Origin: Squalus acanthias
Lineage: Eukaryota
Direction of reading: 5' to 3'
Assembly: GCA_030390025.1 (NCBI GenBank)
Contig: CM059431.1
Span: forward strand, 129,520,001-129,584,000
DNA: 64,000 bases
Below the pieces are notes generated by a model, which made no database searches, was not told where the DNA came from, and saw only the letters and a program-made list of their open reading frames with translations. The first letter of the stretch is position 1. Each line of letters opens with the position of its first letter. The position numbers and the translations under genes were made by a program. Of this stretch, positions 38,521 through 50,268 are shown piece by piece.

Positions 38521-39439
38521 TTCACGCTTTATTGGCCTCACCCTTTGATTGGTTGCTTCGAATAATACTGTTCCATTGCTATTGGTCAATGTGTGCAGCC
38601 TCTTCACTGTACTGCGCGATACATCTCGGGTTGCTGCGTGGCCACACGCGTGCGCAGCTTAGAGGGAACACTGTTTGCTACTTAATTAAATACTGCAAAT
38701 CAATCATATTAGTTAAGGTAATATATATATTTCAGTAAATTTGCAGTGTTACAGTGATGGGTAAGCCACCGTCACGTTTAGGCTGCATTAGAGCTTCGGT
38801 TGGTATCAGAAACCATGGTTTAGATCCCAGAATACAATAAAAAGGCCATGTTAATTCTTCTAGTGTATTATAAAAATACACAGGTATACTATATAGATAC
38901 ACGTGTTGGGCACGCGCGCACTCACGCACACTTATGCACTCACACACGCACGCACCAACCAACTATATATAATAACAGTGGCGCAAAATAAAGAAAAGCT
39001 CCACATGAGCTGTACAGACTGTAAAAGCAGTACTGCCAAAGTCAAACCACTGGATTGTTTGTTAAAAAAACAATGATGTAGACTAAAAAGCACTAAAATG
39101 AACTGAGCTTTTAATACAGCAAGTCATTGAGAAAGAGGGTCAACTTTTCACATAAAACAAGAACATTATGGGAGATAATTGACAGGTGTCTAAAGAGGAA
39201 GATATTAAAAGAATAGGCTTCAGGCTGGGACAATGACAAGGTGTCTTGGGAATTCGATGTATTGCGCTGGGAGAGGAAGGACAACTGCTTGCACCTATAA
39301 TTCTTCACATGCTGAGTACCTCTAGGGCTCCCATGTTTGGCTAGCTGACATATAATTGATTTGGGAGATGGTGTACGTCAGCTACTTTTTGCCTCAGCAT
39401 CCAACCTAAACTACAGAGAACAGGCAAAATATATTGGTT

Positions 39440-40050
39440 AAAGACAGAAATAACAGAAAATACTGGAAACACTCAGCAGGCCAGGCAGCATCCGTGGAGA
39501 GAGAAACAGAGTTAACGTTTCAGGTCTCTGACCCTTCGTCAGAATGGAAAAAGTTAGAGATATAATAGGTTTTAAGCAGGTGCAGAGGCAGGGAAAGGGG
39601 GAGGGGAAGAAAGACAAAAGGAATGGTCTGTGATAGGGTGGAAGGCAGGCGTGGTTAAATGTTGCAAATGGGAATGGCAGAATCATCAACAGCTGCCATG
39701 TGAAAAAATAGGGGCAGGGGTTATAGTCTGAAATTGTTGAACTCAATGTTGAGTCCAGAAGACTGTAAAGTGCCTAATCAAAAGATGAGGTGCTGTTCCT
39801 CGAGCTTACGTTGAGCTTCATTGGAACAGTGTAAGAGGCCGAGGACAGAGAGGTCAGAGTGGGAGTGGAGCGGAGAATCAAAGTGACAAGCGACCGGAAG
39901 CTCGGGGTCACCCTTACGGACTGAACGGAGGTGTTCCACAAAGCGTTCACCCAATCTGCGTTAGGTCTCCCCATTGTAGAGGAGGCCTGCAGAGTGTTTC
40001 CAGCATTTTCTGTTATTTCAGATTTCCAGCGTCTGCAGTATTTTGCTATT
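39440..40050 (-). mobile_element. Penelope-like element fragment: GIY-YIG end, pLTR and an inverted pLTR piece
   Basis: Minus strand reads YNGET.RRLGERFVEH...PVACHF...QRKLEEQHLIF.LGTLQSSGLNIEF; an inverted copy of the pLTR end lies at ~39990-40050. Confidence 0.85.
39505..39548 (-). ncRNA. Minimal type I hammerhead ribozyme motif (Penelope-associated)
   Basis: CATT-CTGACGA-AGGGTC-AGA-GACCT-GAAA-CG-TT-AACT on the minus strand. Confidence 0.7.
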
Positions 40051-40376
40051 GTATTGGTCAAAGTCAGCACAGTCTTAACTTAATTCACTGATGTCTTATC
40101 TCCAATTCCACATTTAACATCTTAGAAAGAATAGAAGGGTTTACGATCAACATGGGGTTCTGCAGTTTATAAGAAAAGCACATCCAAGACGTAGGAAGGA
40201 AAATCAGCCCCACAGGACACAACTGCGGCACAGCCTAACCCCCATATATGCTGAAGAACTTTAAAAAGGAGCAAGGAATTCAAGTTAGGGAATCCTTAAA
40301 GCTCCAACCTTCCCATAAAATAATGTAACAATAGTGCCAGACCTGATCCAGCATTCCCTCACAGATCTGTTTTACT

Positions 40377-42197
40377 TAGGTTTGCTAAATGCCGAATTGC
40401 CCAGGAGTCTCCTGGAATGTGGCTAGAGACATTACCCAGGAGATCTGCGCACTTTAAAGTTTCCGCCGCAGTAGTGCCGAGACTTTACTCCCACTGCCAC
40501 AGAGAACTGGGACCGGTGAGGAGCGGAGTCGTGGGGGAAGCTGTCAACAATCGGGGGCACTCGGGAGTCTGAGTGGGGCTCGGGAGTCGGCAGAGTTCTG
40601 GAGTCGGGAATCGGGGGTGAGAGGGAGACTGGGGAATGGGAGTCGGGGAGAAGAGTGAAATGGCATGGGGGAGTCAGGGAGGGGAGTTAGGGAGAGAGGG
40701 AGATTGGGGATGAGGTTTGGGGATGATGGTTGGTGGAGAGAAGGAGACTGAAGGTTGGGGGATTGAGGTTCGGGCGGTGGGTACAAACAGAGATTGGAGA
40801 ATGGGGCGGGGGTGGGGTCCCACATTTTCTATAGAGCCAGGAGCAGCAGCAGCAGCGGGTGAGTGGGAGCTGTGCCGAAAGCGGAGCAGCCAGTAAAGGG
40901 GTAAGTGAAACCTGGGAACATTACTGTGGGTAAACAGTGCAAGATTGTTTCCACTGGTGGGCAAATGGGGAACTAGGGGACAGAGGCCGAGGATTGTCAT
41001 TGGAAAAACCAAAGGGAAAGGGAAAAGGGAGAAGGGAGGTTCTTGAACTGAGAGCTACTAGACTACGGGATGCTTCACCACAAGTTGCTATTAAGGTAGA
41101 GACTAGAACATTATTTAAATGGGAGTGGGATAAATATTTGGAAATGAGGAATATAAAAGGATCTTAGGGGAATGTGGTTAGATGAGAGCGCGGCACAGGC
41201 ACTGGGGTCTGAATGGCCTCCTCCTGTGCTGTAATTTCTATCATTCTGTGAAAACTCCCCACTATAGAGTCCGACCCCGGGAGCTGAGTTTAGGACAATG
41301 TGCCCGGTGAGATGTGCCTCAAACACAAAGCCCACTGTCCTTTCTATGATCTCTCAGTTTGGTTCAAGTCTTTCTGCACCGGCTGATTTTGACGTGTGAA
41401 GTTCAAGTACAAATCAGCTCTAACTGAGAATCCCAGTTCAGAACTGTCACCTTCACGTAGAACCTGAGTCCAAACTACAGTCCAAGGAGATAGGGCGACA
41501 GATGAGGCCTGTTAAAAGTTGCATCAATTAGGGAGCCTGACCGTATCTTGTGCACTGCAGGGGGATTCTGGCTGTAGTTTCAGGGTGAATATCAGCGGGT
41601 TATAGGATTACTATTAGCTACAGGTAGGATATTGGGATGTTGCACCTATTACTACCATTACATATAGACAATCAATGAGCTATTGTATTACTGTTGGTTA
41701 TGAGGGAAATTTTGTGTCAGACGTGGCTCAGTGGATGTGAAAACTTCCGTATTTACCAGTATTACAGTGAGTTACTATTAGCTACTGGTAGAATCCTCCT
41801 ACTTCTGTTTTCCCCTCTGTGAATCGCTCCCCTACCTTTGGTTTCACCTCTTCCTTGCTCTTGATTCCCCTCTTCCCCGCCCACATTTCCCCTCTTCCCT
41901 GACCTCAGTTTCCCCTCTTCCCTGACCTCAGTTTCACCTCTTCCCCGCCCATGGGTGGCCTCCTGGATCTTGGAACTTCTCGCACAACAGCTGCTAACGT
42001 AAAACCACAAGTAAAAATATTCAACTACAGGGGACCCAATCTTTATAAGGTAAATACAATAATATTTGTAGATGTCATTTGATCAGACATCACTTGATCA
42101 GACTCACATGATGAAATGTCACGCATCAGGTGTCCTGTGTTCAGTCATCACGTGATCAAACCTCCAGGAATGCACCCAACCAAAGTTGGCAACCATA
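40377..42197. mobile_element. Composite non-autonomous hAT-like element
   Basis: Termini TAGGTTTGCTAA / TTGGCAACCATA (TAGGGTTGCCAA type); 8-bp TSD GTTTTACT / GTTTAACT (7/8); contains a G-rich tract and a CR1 3' end. Confidence 0.65.
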
Positions 42198-43138
42198 GTT
42201 TAACTTTCACTCAATCCGGTTGTTTCTTGTCCTCTGCCACCCATGATTAATGCGTGGGTTAACATTGAGCACCCACTTCGCTGACAAGATCCAAAATGGC
42301 AACAAGGTCCTAAAAATATTATAAGATCCCGATTTAACTATATTAATGAGGTTTTCGCCCATTTCCAGCAGGACCGCTGACCGCCTAAATCGCATCGGGA
42401 AGACGGAAAGTCTATTTATTTATTTTTACAAATTTCATCTTGCTGTTGCCCTGTTTGTGCTGAAAAATGGGGAGGTAGAGAGACGAAAATCACCGCCGTG
42501 CAATTATGTCCTCTCAGGTGCACTACACCTGCAGTCACCCACTGGACAGAGAGGAAGATCTACCCTAGGATCTGTCCCATTTGTTATTACATGTAAGTCA
42601 GTAGTAAACAAAAGTTAATAATACGGCATCCATCAATCATACAAGCAATTTCCAGGTCAAAGAGAACATTCAGTGAACTTCCTGTGCTTCACTATTGATA
42701 AGAAAGTTTCAATGCAGTACTGGGTATCTTAGCCACAATAGTAATCACTCAGTTTTGTTTCCAGCAGACTTTCATTTATTAAAAATACATCAAATAGATA
42801 TTGAGTTCTAAAAGATCCTGGTGTTTATTTGATTTTTAATTTGCAAAGCCTAATTACATGACCTCTTAAGGGAAATCGACCTCAAGAATGAATTCAGCTT
42901 GAAAATGAAAATTGCAGGCCCTGAGGTGTGTCATTCTGCTGAGGCATACTGTAGAACTGGGAAACACACTTTTGCTCTCAGGGCAAATCTAATAAAATTC
43001 TGGTTTCATATGCAGTTCTGATACAAATTAATAAAATCGTACCTGCCTCCTTTCTGAAAGTTTACTGTTGTCTCGGTCCTATACAAGCAGCTGTCTCAGT
43101 TGTTGTACAATAGTCAGACTATGGTGATAATAACAAGA

Positions 43139-44097
43139 ATGGAGGGTAATGTAGCCAAGTTTGCAGATGATACAAAGATGGGTGGGAAAGCAAGTTGTGC
43201 AGAGGACTCAAAGAACCTGCAAAGGGATATAGACAGGCTAAGTGAGTGGGCAAACATTTGGCAGATGGAGTATAATGTGGGAAAGTGCGAGGTTATACAC
43301 TTTGGCAGGAAAAATAAAAAAGCAAATAATTATTTAAATGGAGAGAGATTACAAAATGTTACAGTTCAGAGGGACCTGGGGGTCCTTGTGCATGAAACAC
43401 AAAAAGTTAGCATGCAGGTACAGCAAGTAATCAAAAAGGCAAATGGAATGTTGGCCTTTATTTCAAAGGGGTTGGAGTATAAAAGCAGCGAAGTCCTGCT
43501 ACAACTGTACAGGGTATTGGTGAGACCACACCTCGAGTATTGCGTACAGTTTTGGTCTCCTTATTTAAGGAAGGATATACTTGCATTGGAGGCAGTTCAG
43601 AGACAATTCACTAGGTTAATTCCAGAGATGAGGGGGTTGACTTATGAGGAAAGGTTGAGCAGGCTGGGCCTATACTCATTGGAATTTAGAAGAATGAGAG
43701 GTGATCTTATCGAAACATATAAGATACTGAGGGGGCTCGACAAGGTAGATGCAGAGAGGATGTTTCCCCTCGTGGGAAATCTAGAACGTGAGGGCACAGT
43801 TTTAGAATAAAGGGTTGCCCTTTTAGAACGGAGATGAGGAGGAATTTCTTCTCTCAGAGGGTCGTAAATCTATGGAATTCTCTGCCCCAGAGAGCTGTGG
43901 AGGCTGGGTCATTAAATACATTTAAGGTGGAGATAGACAGATTTTTGCAAGATAAGGGAGTGAAGGGTTATGGGGAGCGGGCGGGGAAGTGGCTTTGAGC
44001 CCAAGATCAGCCATGATCTTATTGAATGGCGGAGCAGGCTCGAGGGGCCAAGTAGCCTATTCCTGCTCCTATTTCTTATGTTCTTATGTTCTTATGT
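43139..44097 (+). mobile_element. CR1 LINE 3' fragment
   Basis: KFADDTKMGG...RPHLEYCVQFWSP; tail (TTCTTATG)3. Confidence 0.93.
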
Positions 44098-44283
44098 AAT
44101 TTTAACTTAACCCTCCTGGTGAGAAACTGAGGGGATCAGATCGGCCATACGTTTTACACCCTGCCTGACTTTACTTTCCATGGAAAATATAATTGGATGG
44201 GGTATAATACAGGTAGTCCATCCAATCAGTTTCCTGCCAGGTGGCTTAATTAAAATTACCCCCTATATTTGCTAAATTAAATT
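44095..44283. mobile_element. Short MITE-like element
   Basis: GTAATTTTAA / TTAAAATTACCCC ends; similar element at ~62550-62706. Confidence 0.45.
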
Positions 44284-44713
44284 ATAGTATGTGATCAGTT
44301 AACAGCGCACAGACCAAGGAGTGAACCTGAGTCTGTCCTAATCTGCATGGCTCAGTACCATGCCATATGGTACATTTACAAATTGAGCCATTGGGACATT
44401 TGATGAATTTGCCTTTATTTGGACAAAACTGCTTTATGACAATGAACAGTTAAGACAAGCATTTTATGAGCAAAACATTAATAAGCCACACTCTTAGCAA
44501 ATTGCAAAATGATAGAATGTTACCATTTTAGGCAGCTGCATTATATCAAGATTTGTTCATTACTAGTGGATCTCCCTTGGCATCGTTCACAGTAAATCAG
44601 AGATACATTGCAACTTGTATGGTGGCACAAACCCATGGCATAGGTACACCGTACAATGTTCATGTATTACTCTACTGCTAATTGAAGTTATATTTCTTAA
44701 GGTCACTGCTTAA

Positions 44714-45080
44714 GGGGGCAACACGGTGGCATAGTGGTTAGCACTGTTGCCTCACAGCGCCAGGGACCCGGGTTCAAATCCAGCCCTGGGTGACTGTCTG
44801 TGTGGAGTTTGCACATTCTCCCGTGTCTGCGTGGGTTTCCTCCGGGTGCTCCGGTTTCCTCCCACAGTCCAAAGATGTGTGGGTTAGGTTGATTTGGCTA
44901 TGATAAATTGACCCTCAGTGTTAGGGGGGATTAAATATGTGGGGTTACGGGGATAGGGTGGGATATGTTAGGGGGGATTAAATACGTGGGGTTACGGGGA
45001 TAGGGTGGGATATGTGTCGGTGCAGGCTCGATGAGCCGAAATGGCCTCTATCTGTACTGTGGGGATTCTGTGATTCTGTG
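44714..45080 (+). mobile_element. tRNA-derived HE1/V-SINE-like SINE with a CR1-type tail
   Basis: A box TGGCATAGTGG, B box GGTTCAAATCC, V-domain GTGGAGTTTGCACATTCTC...GTGGGTTTCCTCCGGGTGCTCCGGTTTCCTCCCAC; 47-bp internal tandem duplication at 44921-45014. Confidence 0.85.
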
Positions 45081-45940
45081 TGCTGTAAATAGGCAAACTC
45101 TTAGGTCACTTAGAGGCTGATTGTTTCTTTGCAGAATGATAGCTAGTTGTAAATCCCTGGGTCATCGTTCAGGTCAGAAAAACTGGTAGAAAATGACTGG
45201 CTTCTCTTTCTTTATAAGAATGTTCTTCACGCAAAGAATAATGAATGCATGGAATGAAGTTGTAGAGGCAAAAACCCTAGAATTATTTAAGAAATAATTG
45301 GATTCTGCAACAGGGGAACTTTCTGGATGGATGAATTAAAATGGGTCAAATGGCCTTCCTCATCCGCAATTACCTTGTGATCTTGTGAAGTGTGACGGAG
45401 TCAAACCATTTTATGTGCATTAGTTGATCTCCAGTGGGGTTGCTCATGGAGAATGAGAGGACATGCTCATTTAGAAGGAAGAGGTTCTGTTGTGGCATTT
45501 ATTGTAGGATTGAAATAGTAAGTAATTGGGTGTGTAGAGTGGGATACCAAACAATTGGGTTAGTAGTGCAGAAAAAAGTGGCAAATGAGAACTTAAAAAA
45601 TAAATATTGGGTCATATTTTGCTGTAGCAGGGCAGTTAATGGCATCTGCCATTAGTTAGACTTGCCCTTGCACATATAGGATTATAAATTTTGTGCATGG
45701 CAAGTTGCTGAAAGTGCGAGCTGGTAACAGCAACACTAGGGAAACCGGGCTTCTGGGACCTAAGTGAACAGGGCAAGCAACAGCTTGTGAAATAAACAAC
45801 GCAAGGACTGAGAAGGAAGTGTAAATTAGAGTGGGTGAATTCAATGTCAAATCAGGGACAGAAAGAGAAATAAAGAGAGGGAAAGAAAGATTGGATTAAG
45901 AGAGACAGAAAAAAGAGACAGACAGAAAAGTTAAAAATAA

Positions 45941-46669
45941 GGGGGAAAAATTGGGTATCGACCATTTTGGAGCGCTAATATTGGCCGGGTGCAAAGTTTA
46001 GCGCCAGGCGCTAATTATCGTCCCCGGCTGCAAAATTAGCCTCTATCACCCCTGGAGGTGATTTGAGCGCTAAATCAAGCACTACACACCTCTCTTAAGA
46101 CGCTACCTCAGAACGCTACCGAAGCTCAGGCGATGTCAGTTACCATGGAAGCCAAACAGACTGGCGCCATCCAGTTCTTAAAGGGGAGGGGCCATCTTTC
46201 TGGCCAGCCACACCCTGCTCATTGCAGCCTTGAATCTCAGCCTGGAGAGACCTCTAAAGCAATTTTGTTGGAAGCACTAATGGATAGGCCCAGGGAAAGA
46301 GCTCGGCGCTTAGGAACCTCAAAAGTGGTGCTGAGGGCCAAAACTCCTTCGGACAGCGTTAAATCTCTCTAGACGTCTCTCTCCCTCTCAACCTGTGTGC
46401 ACCAAAAATGTTGCCAACAAGAAAAAGCAGCAAGCGCACGCCTTTAAATAGCGCTCCACCAGCCCCTACCCGACTTGAAAACGATCCCCTCTACCTGTCG
46501 TTCCTAGTGGCAGGCACTAAGGCAGGGGGCGCAGGGGTAGTGTTTATCACCAGCGCAAAACGACAGGTCAATTTCGCGAGCAGCGCTAAAATTGCTGCGC
46601 TCGGGCGCTAAGTTGCTAGCGCCCCCGGAGGCGCTAACGGGAGGCGCTAACCAACCAAATTTTTTCCCC
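45941..46669. mobile_element. Harbinger-like MITE, same family as 23896-24801, nested in an older repeat
   Basis: GGGGGAAAAATTGG / CCAAATTTTTTCCCC; shares CATTGCAGCCTTGAATCTC and GGCGCTAACGGGAGGCGC with the 24-kb copy. Confidence 0.8.
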
Positions 46670-48309
46670 ATATATTTTAAATTTGACATTTTTTAAATCT
46701 CCAACATCAATTAGTACCTGAAGGAATGAGACGCCACACTAGGATTAGTTCATTTTCAGTGTCAGAAAGGTTAACTGGCAGTAATTAACACTTATCACAT
46801 CGTTAAAAGGATACTTCCTCTTGAAATGACAAGACTTAACTTTCTGTGGCGAGTTTAATTCATATCTACCGTACAAATACGGCAACTTCAAGCTGTTCAA
46901 TGCATTTCGACGGTGAGCCAGACTGCGAGATGCCATTATTTCGAAGGCGGGGTGGCGCATCTCAGACAGCAACTTTTGGATATTTGCGTTTAACAGCACA
47001 TCTGCCCCTCACCTGAAGTTGCTGGACCATTCTCGCATAAAAAACAGCGAGCGCCATTAGCCTCACCGTTATTTTGACAGCAAATTCTGGCCCATTAGCA
47101 GGGAAAAGGAGATGAGAAAAAAAAGAAAAAATGTAGTAGTGAAAAAGAATCTGAAAAGATAAAAAGGCTGCAGGGAACAGGTTATAAAGAAGGCAACAGT
47201 GGAGAGCAGCCTTTTTAAAAAAGGAATTGTTGGAAACAGGATTTTAATTGTGGAGAACAGAACTTTTTAAAAATCGATGAGGAATGGGCCTTTAAGAAAA
47301 AAGGACTGGGGGAAAAGGCCTTTTTAACAAAACAGGGCCTTGAGACAAGACTAGCAGGAAAAGGTGTTTCAAAAGACAGAAGAAGAAGAAGACTTGCATT
47401 TTTATATCGCCTTTCACGACCACCGAACGTCTCAAAGCGCTTTACATGCCAATGAAACTGCAAAAGAAAAAAAATCTCCAAATAGAGCATGCGACAGGCC
47501 TTGAAAAACAGAGGCTTGGAAAGATAAACAATCAGAACAGGAAACAAGGCCTGGAAAAGCAGCAACCAAAGAAAGAAAAACACAGCACGCAATAAGGATT
47601 TAAAAAAGATAGCGAAAGAGAAAAAACAAAAAAAGCAGACAACCAGCCTTGGAAAAAGATACTGGAGGACAAAAAGCATGAAAATGCAAAAGGGGAACGA
47701 GCAAGGCTGAGAAAATTTACTTGCAGAATATCAACCAATGGGTACCTAAAAACAAAACCTGGGAGACAGAGTTTGGAGAACCAGTTTGGGAGAATGTCAC
47801 ATGAGCGACATGATCTAATGACAGCCAAGTATAATGAATAGAATAACGCCACGGCACCACCTATCTTGCAGACAAAGCAAGAGGATTCAAATGGAGCTCA
47901 GTATTATAAATAGGGATTTCAAACTAAATAACAAAATTAAAGCATGACACAAACACGTGACAGAAATAGCATGCATCAACATCGTGACAAGTGCACACAT
48001 AGACAGGACTTTTAATATTGTATCAGTGGATCTCCATTGCATTGTTCATGGTAGGTCTCAGAACATGCTTTCTGTCATACCTGTCTCTGTCAATTTTGTG
48101 GTACACTTTCTCGCTCTCCTCTTCCAGTTCTCTGTCTCTCTTTTCTTTTCTGTTTCTCTCTCCATCTCCTTTTGTTTTTCTATGTGTGTCTTCTCTTGTT
48201 CTCTCTTTTTCTTTTACCATCTGTCTTTTTCTTTTGTTATTTTGCCTTCTCTCTCCTTTATGTTCCCTCCTTCTTCATCGGTGGAGCTGAAAACACAGTC
48301 AGTGGGAAA

Positions 48310-48497
48310 TAAGAACATAAGAACATAAGAAACAGGAGCAGGAGTAGGCCATTCGGCCCTTCGAGCCTGCTCCGCTATTCAATAAGATCATGGCTGATCT
48401 TCTACCTCATCTCCACCTTCCCGCACTATCCCCATATCCCTTGGATCCCTTAGTATCCAAAAATCTATCGATTTCTGTCTTGAACATATTCAATTGC
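48310..48497 (-). mobile_element. CR1 3' tail fragment
   Basis: (AAGAACAT)n followed by the hairpin also seen at 44000-44097 and 49671-49770. Confidence 0.85.
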
Positions 48498-50268
48498 AAT
48501 GGTGAGGGGAAAATAACATTTTGGGACCAGTATATGAGTAATTTGAGACATGACATGTGGTAAATGTAACATGCTTGCTGACTTTGGACCTGTGGTTCCC
48601 AAAGCTCTCCATCAGTGGGGGTTTCCTTGTGTCATTTCTGGGTCTGTTGTAGACTAATTGATAGAGATTAATTGCTATGATTAGTCAACAACTCCAGTAG
48701 CATTTTATCATGCAACTACCAGAATGGTAGATGGCGAACTAGATGGACCTTGGTCTTTTTTCGTCTAGCAATTCCTACGTTCCGTATGAGGATTTGACCA
48801 GGGCTGTAGGCCGGCAGGTGGTGCAGGTTTTTCAGGCAGCCGGAGGCAGCTGGAGCGTGGGTCTGGGAGCAGGTTCAGAGGCCACATTTATTTGTGGCAA
48901 GAGAGCTGATTGAGTGTGAGGTAGAAGTACTGGCAGTGGAGGGATGCAGTGAGGACAGGAAGTGATAATATCAAGTGAAGAATAAGAACATGAAAGGTTT
49001 GATGCTGTGAGGCATAGCACCATCTACCTTAGAGACTGAAAGATAAGTATGCAGGAATGGAGTGGATTTTTGTGTAACTATTTCCATCAAGTGGGAGACA
49101 AATGGAGTGAGCCCACCACTCGCCTGATGGAAGTGGTCCGAGGCCAAACCAATGTTAATGGCCAGGCTACATTAGCATTGAATCAGTGAGCTGCTTGGTC
49201 ATTAGGAGCAGTTTACTGATCGGAGGGAGCCAAACATCTGGCCGCTCCACCTTGGAACTCAGCTGGTCCAGGTAAGTTAACAGCAAAGGAGGTGCTCCCG
49301 TGGGAGGGCCGCGGATGGGCGGGTATCACAGGGGCTGTTTGTTTCTGGGGCCAGGAGGAACATTAATGCTTCATCTTACCCCACAAAAATCATTTACAAA
49401 CCCATCTTTAAACATTTTCTAAGCGACCTGCTGGCGTTCCCTTTGAGGACCTCTGAGTAAGCTGCTCAATGGCAAGTGCCAATGGGCAGAGTAGGCGTAG
49501 CACACACTCCACTCACTGGTACTTCCAAATTTCATTGGAGTCCTGTTGGTGTCATAGGACCCCAATTTGCATGGGCTAAGGAGGCTCGCACCTGCTTCTT
49601 GCAGGCACCCAGGCCGTCCAGTTCAAGGTCCCAATCGAAACGCCAGAAATACAGATGTCTGCGGGATTAGAACATAAGAAATAGGAGCAGGAGTAGGCCA
49701 ATCGGCCCCTCGAGCCTGCTCCGCCATTCAATAAGATCATGGCTGATCTGATCCTAACCTCAAATCTAAAGAACACAAGAAGTAGGATCAGGACCCGGCC
49801 ACTCAGCCCCTGGGCCCGCTCCGCCACCCACAGGGCCCTGACCGATCCGAACTCAGCCTCATGTCCAATTTCCTGCCCGCTCACCGTAACCCCTAATTCC
49901 CTTTACCTCTAGGAAACTATCTATTTCTGTTTTAAATTTATTTAATGATGTAGCTTCCACAGCTTCCTGGGGCAGCAAATTCCACAGACCTACTACCCTC
50001 TGAGTGAAGAAGTTTCTCCTCATCTCAGTTTTGAAAGAGCAGCCCCTTATTCTAAGATTATGCCCCTTAGTTCTAGTTTCACCCATCCTTGGGAACATCC
50101 TTACCGCATCCACCCGATCAAGCCCCTTCACAATCTTATATGTTTCAATAAGATCGCCTCTCATTCTTCTGAACTCCAATGAGTAGAGTCCCAATCGACT
50201 CAACCTCTCCTCATATGTCCACCCCCTCATTCCTGGGATTAACCGACTGAACCTTCTTTGTACTGCCT

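Larger units (their letters stand above)
34717..38673 (-). mobile_element. Degenerate hAT transposon with a ZNF862-like transposase
   Basis: TIRs CAATATTCCGTCTAA / TTAGAGGGAACACTG; 8-bp TSD CTTGCAAC / TTTGCTAC (6/8); peptides VDESTD, TSDGATVM, HCVAHREDL, ASSADCEHGFS, KTKSRNRL. Confidence 0.85.

Noticed and set aside
37754..38607. Three long overlapping ORFs (204-264 aa)
   Set aside because: They are produced by a stop-free 30-bp minisatellite and show no sign of coding.
43042..43077. Possible 36-nt minus-strand exon (TAG|GAC...CAG|GTAC)
   Set aside because: Weak polypyrimidine tract, no recognisable peptide and no partner exons.
44714..44790. tRNA gene
   Set aside because: It is a SINE head that continues into a V-domain and LINE-derived tail.
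47215..48328. Hydrophobic membrane-protein-like ORFs
   Set aside because: Artefacts of T/C-rich low-complexity strands.
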